A stretch of DNA of 64,000 nt. Source: Candidatus Hadarchaeales archaeon (lineage in GTDB: Archaea; Hadarchaeota; Hadarchaeia; Hadarchaeales; Hadarchaeaceae). Under the pieces are notes generated by a model that saw nothing but the letters and a program-made list of their open reading frames with translations, was not told the origin of the DNA and searched no databases. Each line of letters starts with the position of its first letter. Within the stretch, counting starts at the first letter, position 1. The stretch lies in the NCBI GenBank assembly GCA_038872135.1, contig JAVZGN010000002.1, forward strand, positions 32,001 to 96,000. Direction: 5' to 3'. Position numbers and translations under genes: made by a program. Shown piece after piece: positions 42,062 through 51,100 of the stretch.

Positions 42062-42108
42062 CGATTATAAGTCACATATTTTATTTATATTTGTTTCGCT
42101 TATAATCG
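42062..42108. promoter_or_regulatory. Bidirectional promoter bracketed by a perfect 10-bp inverted repeat (candidate operator)
   Basis: CGATTATAAG (42062-42071) and CTTATAATCG (42099-42108) flank AT-rich TATTTTATTTATATTT between the divergent genes. Confidence 0.65.
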
Positions 42109-42171
42109 AAACTTTTCCCTAAGGAAAAACCGGCGAAAGTTGAAAGGTGGCATAGGTCTCTTTGAAAAGCT

Positions 42172-45100
42172 ATGGTGGCCACCATAGGCAAATTTAGAGA
42201 TGGGGATTGGCCCCCTGCCAACTATTCTGGGACAGTTGAAGACAGGCGGGGGGCCCACTCTCCCCAATCCCGAATCACTAATGCTAAATTAAATGACGTT
42301 CCTTTATCTGAAAAAGCCCTTTCTATATCCATGGTGATTTTAATTCTCCTCTCAACATTTTCCCCAATGCTTCATCTGCCGCTGGCTTCTGCCGGAAGTC
42401 TAGTCGATAATTCAACGGAAAACTTTGCTCTGGGAGTCCACGAGAACACAGAAAACATCGCAAATAGGATAAGGCTCAAATCTGGGTACACTTCCGGCCA
42501 GTTCACCTCTCAGATTTTCGATGCTGGCGTCTGGGCCCATTGGGAGACCATGAACTGGGTGGAGAACGAGCCATTCCTACTTATCCAAGAGAATGACGAT
42601 GTGGGGGCCGAGCCGGAAACTCTGGCTGACGGAAGTTTGAGAAGAGGAGAGATCCTAGGCGGTTCGATCACAGATGTGAGGGTGTTGGACGGAGTTTATG
42701 AAAACATTGGGGAGAACACCGAGGACAACTGTCTGAATTGGGAACACAAGATCGAGAACATTACCTTCGGCTTTGAGAACTATGTGTTGAAGATCAGGGG
42801 ATACACTGGAGGGGATTATGAGAATGTAGGCATTTACATCTGGGAAAATCAAGGAGCAACATGGGGGTGGAGGTTTATCGACAATTTAACCTCCACCGAA
42901 AAGACAATCGAGTGGACAATTCCCAGAACTTCCATAGAAAATTACTTAGTCAGCGGCGCTATTTTAATCAGATATTTCGAAAACAACACCGATGCCACTC
43001 AGACTTGGGTTGTCGTCGATCTCTGCATCCTCTCTGGGGAGAACAGGATTTTTTCAGAAGTGAAGATTCAGGTTAGGGTTAGCTCAGACAACGTGGTGTG
43101 GACTGGGTGGGCTGGCCCAAGCGGAGACGACACAACATTTTTCACTTCTTCCCCGGCAAATCTCACACCAATTCTCGACAGAAGATATATCCAGTACAGA
43201 GTTTACTTCACCAGTCCCTCTCCATCCCTCAGCGGAGGAGATGGGCCAACTTTCGGTGAGGTGGTGATAAACTACTCCCCGGTCAGCCCACCATCTCTTC
43301 AATCGCCCTCCAATGGCTCCTGGACAAACGACAACACCCCAACATTTGATTGGAGTGATGTAGAGGATGCCACAGAATATCATCTTCTGGTGGACAACGA
43401 CTCCAACTTTTCATCCCCAGAGATAAATGTCTTAGTGGCCTCAAGCCAATTCACCTCAGCCACCGAGCTGCCAGATGCAACATACTACTGGAAGGTCAGA
43501 GCAAAAGTTGGCAGCGACCTCTCAACCGCCTTCTCCGCACCCTGGACGGTCAACATCGCCACAGCTCCACCGACCCCACCATCTCTCATCTCGCCGGACA
43601 ACGATGTTACCCTCTTCGTCGACCAGCCACTCTTCAGATGGACCATCTCAACTGGCGTGGGTGCAATTACCTACTGGCTTGTCATAGACAATGATCAGGA
43701 TTTCTCCTCCCCGATCTACAACAAAACTGGAATCTCGGAGAACTCTCATGTAATTGAAAACAAACTTCCGGAGAACTTCACTCCCTACTACTGGAAGGTT
43801 GCCGCAGTGGACAACATCGGAAACCTGAGCTGGTCTGAGTGGAGGAAGTTTGAACTGAAGGTTTTCCCGTCTTCAGTTGTCGGCCAGATCTCTCCCTACT
43901 GGCAAACAGCGCCTGTAAGCATCTCAGTGACGGCAAGTGACAACGATGGAACAATTGAAAATGTCGAGCTGTGGTACAGGTACTCGGTGGACAACTCTGA
44001 GTGGGGCCCGTGGACCTTTTATGAAAACCGCTCCTCCCCGCCCTACTCCTTTACCTTCAACTTCCCAAATGGCCAGGGCCTTTATGAGTTTTACTCGATA
44101 GCCTGGGACTCTCGCGGGAACCGGGAAAATACCCCGCCGACCCCGGACACTGCCTGTGGATTTGACAACGCTGCCCCGCCCGCCCCAACTCTGATTCAGC
44201 CGGAAAACGATGCTGTGATCGAAACACGGAAACCAACTTTCCGGTGGACCTCTGTGACCGATCTCTCCGGCGTCACCTACAATTTGATTGTGGATAACGA
44301 AAATACTCTAGCTCCCCCACATATTTACTTTAAGACAGGAATAACGGAAAACTCTCACACAACAGAAAACTCTCTCGACATTGGGGTATATTGGTGGAAG
44401 ATTGTAGCGAGGGATGCTGTGGGAAATGAAAATTCTGAGAATGTTTTTATCTTCACGCTTAGACTCTGGAACAACGTTGAGAGATGGTCTGGGGTGATAA
44501 AAACAATTTCTGGGTGGATGACAGCCGAAGTTTGGTCTGTAACAATAAATGCACCTTATGGTGTTTATGGATATCTGCTTGTAGAAGAATGGTCGGCTGT
44601 TGTTAATGCTCCACCACCTGTTTTCACAATTGTAGAGAGCTGGACTACCACTGTTGCTAGTGAAATCTCTGAATGGAAAGTTGTGGAATCATGGACGGCC
44701 AGCATCGGGAGTGGTGGGGGATGGATGCTAGCAGAGAGTTGGATGAGTACAGTGACGGCTCTCCCGCATATTGGGTGGTCGCAGGTTGAAACCTGGAGTT
44801 TCACAGCGGTAACACTTGCAAGATGGGAACTCGTAGAGGGATGGAATGCTTCAATCACGGCTGCTGCGTATCTCGGCTGGCCGCAGGTAGAAATGTGGTC
44901 GGTGACAGTAGATGCCCTCCCCTATGTTGAATGGGTGCAAGCTGAGATCTGGGCGGAAACATTGACAACCTCAGCCCAATGGTTTGTATGTGAGAGCTTC
45001 GCTGCGGATATCGTCGCTAATGTGGTCTCGGGATGGACATTTGTGGAAACTTGGACCCCCACCCTAACCTCGGTAGTGTTGAGTGGATGGACACTGGACG

Positions 45101-48100
45101 AAAGCTGGATTGCTACGATTACCGCGGAGATCCTTCAACCGGTTCTCCTCCTGCCCCTAGACGGGGAGAACACCAACAACACAAACCCAACTTTCGACTG
45201 GGAGGACAACACCCTCCCGATAGACAACTTCGAGATTCAGATAGACGATGACCAGGACTTCTCGCCCCCGCTTGTGAGATGGGAAAACACTGGGGCGACG
45301 AGCCAGTACAGCCCCGGCTTCCTTCCTGATAACCTCTACTGGTGGAGGGTTAGGATGTGGAGGGGAGGGGTGCCGGGGGCCTGGGCTCAGAGAACTGTAA
45401 GAGTTGATACACTGCCACCAGAGAAACCATCTCTCCTCTCCCCCCTAGATGGAGAAAACGAAAATGACAGCGCACCTAATCTCCGGTGGAGCGCCCCGCC
45501 CGAGAACTCCTTCCCGCTCACTTATTTTGTCCAAATCTCCAACTCCAAATACTTCGAGCCGGAAAACATTGCCACAAGCGCTTGGGTGATGGAAGAGAAC
45601 TGGGAGGTGCCACCGGTGCTTCAGGAGAATGTATGGTACTGGTGGAGGGTGCTTGTGAAAGACAATGCTGGAAACACAGGGGACTATTCATCTGCCAGAA
45701 AATTCAAGATAGACACCATAGCACCGCCACCGCCCACCGTCATCTGGCCGGAGAACGACGGGTGGACGACTACCCTGCCGAACCTAGACTGGGCGCCGGT
45801 GGTTGAAAATTCCCTCCCGGTGGTCTACTTCGGAGAAATTTCACTTTTCCCAGACTTCTCCGGCAGCCCGCTCAGAACCATTTCAACGCTGGACGACAAC
45901 TGGAGCGTTTCACCGGAACTCTCAGAGGGCACATACTTCTGGAGGCTTAAGGTCAGGGACAATGCAGGGAACTTGGGAAGCTGGTCGCAGGGATTTGTCT
46001 TCAAAGTTGACAACACGCCACCAACCGCACCACAGCCACCCTTCACGCCACCAAACAACGGCTCAGCGCCCACTGGGTTGGTTCAATTCCAGTGGGCGGC
46101 GGCCTCCGACAGTGGCTCGGGCGTTGCAAAATACGCGATTCAGATAGATGATGAACCTAACTTCAACCCACCGCTTGTGCATGAAAATGACAACGTTGTT
46201 GGAACTGCATACTCTTGCCTACTTGAATTTCCGAAGACATATTACTGGAAGGTAAAAGCCATTGATAACGTTGGCAACGAAGGGGAGTGGTCTGAGACCC
46301 TCAGTTTCTTTGCCACCACCGTCTGGAGGTCCATTGAGAGCTGGACGGGCACAATAGCTACCTCTGCCGCCTATCAACAGGCCGAGTCTTGGGTAGCCAC
46401 CATCATAACTGTTGCTCAGTGGACGCCAATTGAATTTTGTGTAGGAACGATCGCCACCAGCGCTTCCTGGAAGTCTGTTGAGAGCTGGACGGCAACAATA
46501 ACCACTACAGCCACATGGCAGTTTACTGAAACATGGAGTGGTATAATTGCTACCGCAGCTGCTTGGCGGTTTGCTGAGACATGGGCTGGTACAATTGCTA
46601 CTGCTGCTCAGTGGCAGCTAGTTGAATCATGGCAGGTAACCATTACAACATCGGCTCAGTGGCAGGTTGTCGAGAGTTGGACTGGAACGATAACGACTTC
46701 TGCTTCATGGCAGCAGGTTGAATCGTGGACTGCCACAATCGCTACTGCGGCCGTCTGGCAGGTTGTTGAATCCTGGATATGCACGATAAAGGTTGGTGGA
46801 GAATGGAAACTAGCAGAAAGCTGGTCCGTTAATATTGCCCCGCCTGCCGACTGGAACTACATTGAAACTTGGGCGGCAAAAATTATCGCTATCATTCCCG
46901 CTCCAATCCCAGTTTCCCCGCGTAATGGAGAGAACAAAAACACGCTTCCAACCCTCCGCTGGGACAACCTTCTCCCTGCAGACAACTTCCAGCTCCAGAT
47001 AGACAACAACCCAGACTTTTCCTCACCAGAAAACGACCTTACAGTCTTTGAGAACTTCTACACACCGCCAGCCCTCCAAGACAACCTCTGGTACTGGAGA
47101 GTTAGGACATTCAGGAACAACGAGAACTCTGCTTGGTCCACTGTGTGGAAGTTCAGGATCGACAGGCTTGCTCCTGGAAAACCTGTGCTCGTTTCACCGA
47201 GCGATGGGGAGAACATCAACGACAACACTCCACTCTTCCGCTGGCAGGCCCCACCAGAAAACTCCTTCCCGCTCGTCTACACCATCCAGATATCCACAAC
47301 TTCAACATTCGCTCCCGGAACATACAACGAGTTCGCCGTTACCTCTTACGAGCAGGAAGTGGGCTGGATGGTTCCGCAAGAAAACCCCTTGGCCGACAAC
47401 ATCTACTACTGGAGGGTAAAGGCAAGAGACAACGCAGGCAACGAGGGAGCATTCTCTACACCCAGAAAGTTCAGGGTTGACACTGTTTCGCCAGTCATTA
47501 CCCTCATCTCGCCGGCAAACGGTGAAACCGTCAGCTCGAGACCAACTCTGAGCTGGTCCCTCGTTTATGCCGAAAATACCTTGCCCGTCGTCTATAACGC
47601 TTTGATCTCTGACACCAGCACCTTCGAATTCAGCTATGAAAATGTGAAAATAACCGAGAACTCATACACCACCCAGCCACTCGACGAAAGCGTTGGAACA
47701 TATTACTGGAAGGTTTGCGCATGGGACAATGCAGGAAACTGGAGCGGATGGTCCGAGACGAGGTGGTTCACAGTCAGAACTGCGTGGAGACAGGCTGAGA
47801 GCTGGAACCTCATGCTGACTACTTCTAGCCAGTGGAATCTGGCTGAAAGCTGGTCTGCCGCTGCTACGACTTCGGCCGAGTGGAGACAAGTTGAAGCATG
47901 GGGTACAGTGCTCAGTACAACTGCTAAGTGGTCGCAGGTTGAAACATGGCAAGCAACAATGGTCGCTTCTGCTAGCTGGCAACAGGTTGATGGCTGGGCT
48001 GTAACTCTAATAACCGCCGCAAACTGGCTCCTCGCTGAAACATGGCAGGGGATTGCAACGACTACCGCAAAGTGGTTCTCAACAGAATCTTGGACAGGGG

Positions 48101-51100
48101 CAGTAGCCACTGTCTCTATCTGGCAAACTATAGAGAACTGGTGGGCTATGGTAACTGCTCCAGTTTATCATGGATGGATTAACGCTGAAAGTTGGAGCGG
48201 ATACGTATCGTCTGGGGGTGGCTGGGTCCCCGCCGAATTCTGGAGCGCAACTATCGAAGGATGGGCTTTTTGGAAGATTGTTGAAAGCTGGTCAGACACG
48301 ATAAACGCTAGCGCAGGTTGGAAAACCACTGAAACATGGCAAGTTCAAATATACTCGCCAATCCCAGCACCTGTTCTCATCTTCCCGCCAGATGGCTATA
48401 ACTTCAGCCCAAGTGTCGGAGAGCTTGTGCTTAAGTGGGACAACTCGCAGCCGGCAGACAACTTTGAGATTCAAATAGACAACGATTTCGACTTTTCTTC
48501 CCCAGAAGTAGACGATTTCACCTCTACCGAAAACTTTGTGGTCCCGTCCCTGCCTGACAACCTCTACTGGTGGAGAGTAAGGACCTTCAGAACTGGCGAG
48601 AATTCTCAGTGGTCCGAGGTTTGGAGGTTCCGCATCGATAACATTCCCCCAGCTGTTCCTTCCCTCCTCGCTCCTTCAGAAGGGGAGAACATCAACGATA
48701 ACACTCCGCTTCTTAGGTGGCAGGCCCCGCCCGAGAACTCCTTCCCGCTCAGATATAGGGTTCAGGTTGCTACCGACAAATTCTTCACAAACATTGTGAG
48801 GGAGGCTCTCTGGACGGTCACGGCGGAGAACTGGGAGATCCCGGCCGAAAACTCGCTGCCAGACAACATGTACTACTGGAGAGTCGCGGCAAAAGATAAC
48901 GCGGGCAACTACAGCATGTTCTCCTCCTATAGAAGCTTCAGGGTCGACACCCTCAAGCCCGCGGTTCCATCTCTCACTTCTCCACCCCATGGAGCTTGGA
49001 TCGCCTTCCCATCTCTCACGTGGAGCAAAGTAACCGATATCTCTCTCCCGCTTCTCTATAACCTTCAGATAGCCTATGACAACGACTTCTCCCATCTCGT
49101 TGTGAACGTGGAGCTTCTGGATAACTCCTGGAGCGGGCCACTGGATGAGGGGTTATACTGGTGGAAAGTTCAGGCGAAAGATGGAGCCGGCAACCTGAGC
49201 GGATGGTCGGAAAACCGGAAGTTCATCGTTGACAACGCCCCGCCGACAAAGCCGGTTCTCTCTACACCTGAAAACAGCACAGATGTGAATATAGGGACAA
49301 TAACATTTGGATGGCAGGCTTCTGATCCTGGAGCTGGAATTTCAAAATACTGGATTCAGATAGATAATGAACCTGACTTTGATAACACCTTTTTCGTGCA
49401 CGAAAATCAGATGGTCACAGAAAATACCTATCAGTACATCATCTCAGTGAGCGGAAGATATTATTGGAGGGTAAGGGCAATAGACGGGGCTGGAAACATC
49501 GGTGAATGGTCGGACAACTGGAACTTCTTCGTATATGGCTGGAGCTCCATTGAAAGCTGGATGGCAATGATCAGTGGGCCGAGCCAGTGGAGAAATGTTG
49601 AGAGCTGGAATGCAACTATCAAAACTAGGGCTTATATCTGGGAAAAGCTGGAGAACTGGAGCGCCAGCATTCAGGCCCCATTTTTGGCAGGGTGGAGTTT
49701 TGTGGAAAGCTGGCAGGTAGAATTCATTTCCGTTACAGTATCTTGGAGAGGTGTTGAAAGCTGGAGAGCGATTATAACTGGAAGAGTGATTGCTCCGGTA
49801 CTTCTCTCCCCCTCGAATGGCCTGAACACATCTCAGAACCCACTCACATTCAGGTGGGAGAATGTCCATCTCGCTGACAACTACAGGATCCAGATAGATA
49901 ACAAGTCCCCGGTGGTTGCTTACGAAAATGACAATGTGGGGGCCGAGCCGGAAACCCTGGTTGACGGAAGCTTGAGAAGAGGAGAGATCCTAGGCGGCTC
50001 GATCACAGATGTAATGGTTCTGGACGGAGTTTATGAAAATATTGGAGAGAACACCGAGGACAACTGTCTGAATTGGGAACACAAGATCGAGAACATTACC
50101 TCCGGCTTTGAGAACTATGTGTTGAAAATTAAGGGATACACTGAAGGAGACAATGAAAACATCTTTGTGTACATCTGGGAGAATGACTTTGGGACTTGGA
50201 GATGGCGAGAAATTGGAACCATCACCTCAAATGAAACAACAATCGTCTGGGAAATGAAATACACAAACATCGAGAAATATTTGATGGATGGCTCGATTTA
50301 TGTCAGATATCTTGAAAACACTCCAGACTTGGTGCAAACGGTTCTTCACATAGATCTCTGCGTGCTGATGGAAAATCTCGAGAATCTGACTCCACCATTT
50401 TTAGTTGACGCAACGAGCACTGACAACTTCTACACCTACACATTCCCCGAGAATGGGAGATACTGGTGGAGAGTAATGGCAATGGTCCAGGGGATTGTCG
50501 GAGATTGGTCAAACATCTGGACGGTTCGAGCCGATACTGTTGCTCCACAGCCGCCAATCCTGATATCCCCAATCCACCATGAAAATGTTAATGATACTAC
50601 TCCACTTCTCCGCTGGCAGGCCCCGCCCGAGAATTCTCTTCCCGTGAAATTCTTTGTTCAGGTAGCAACCGATCCAACATTCAATACTATCATTAGAGAA
50701 AACTGGGTTGTTGGAGAGCAATGGGAGGTGTATCCGCCACTACAGGAAAATGTTTACTACTGGATGGTGCTTGCGGTTGACAATGCAGGAAATTCCAGTC
50801 CTCCCTCTCCAACCTGGGAGTTTAGGGTTGACATAACATCTCCCGCCACGCCTGAACCCAAAGCCCCCCGTGATGGAGAAAATCTGAATGACAACACCCC
50901 AGAACTAGTGTGGACTAGTGTTTGGGATGATTCTCGGCCAGTAGTCTATCGCATTCAAGTAGCTTATGATGAGGCATTCCAGTTTATGGTTCCTGGATGC
51001 GATGTTTATGTCTATGAAAACACTTGGACAACTCCCGAGCTTCCCAGCGAGAGAGTGTATCGATGGAGAGTCAAGGCCATAGACAATGCTGGAAATGAAA

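Noticed and set aside
46321-48357. CRISPR array from the 48-nt periodicity
   Set aside because: Periodicity is at the protein level inside an open frame; there is no invariant DNA repeat with unique spacers and no cas genes
42589-50376. Diversity-generating retroelement TR/VR pair
   Set aside because: Differences between the copies include many C/T and other changes rather than being adenine-specific, both copies are in-frame coding, and there is no reverse transcriptase in the window
49924-50376. Intein in the giant protein
   Set aside because: No N-terminal Cys/Ser block, no terminal His-Asn and no homing endonuclease motifs
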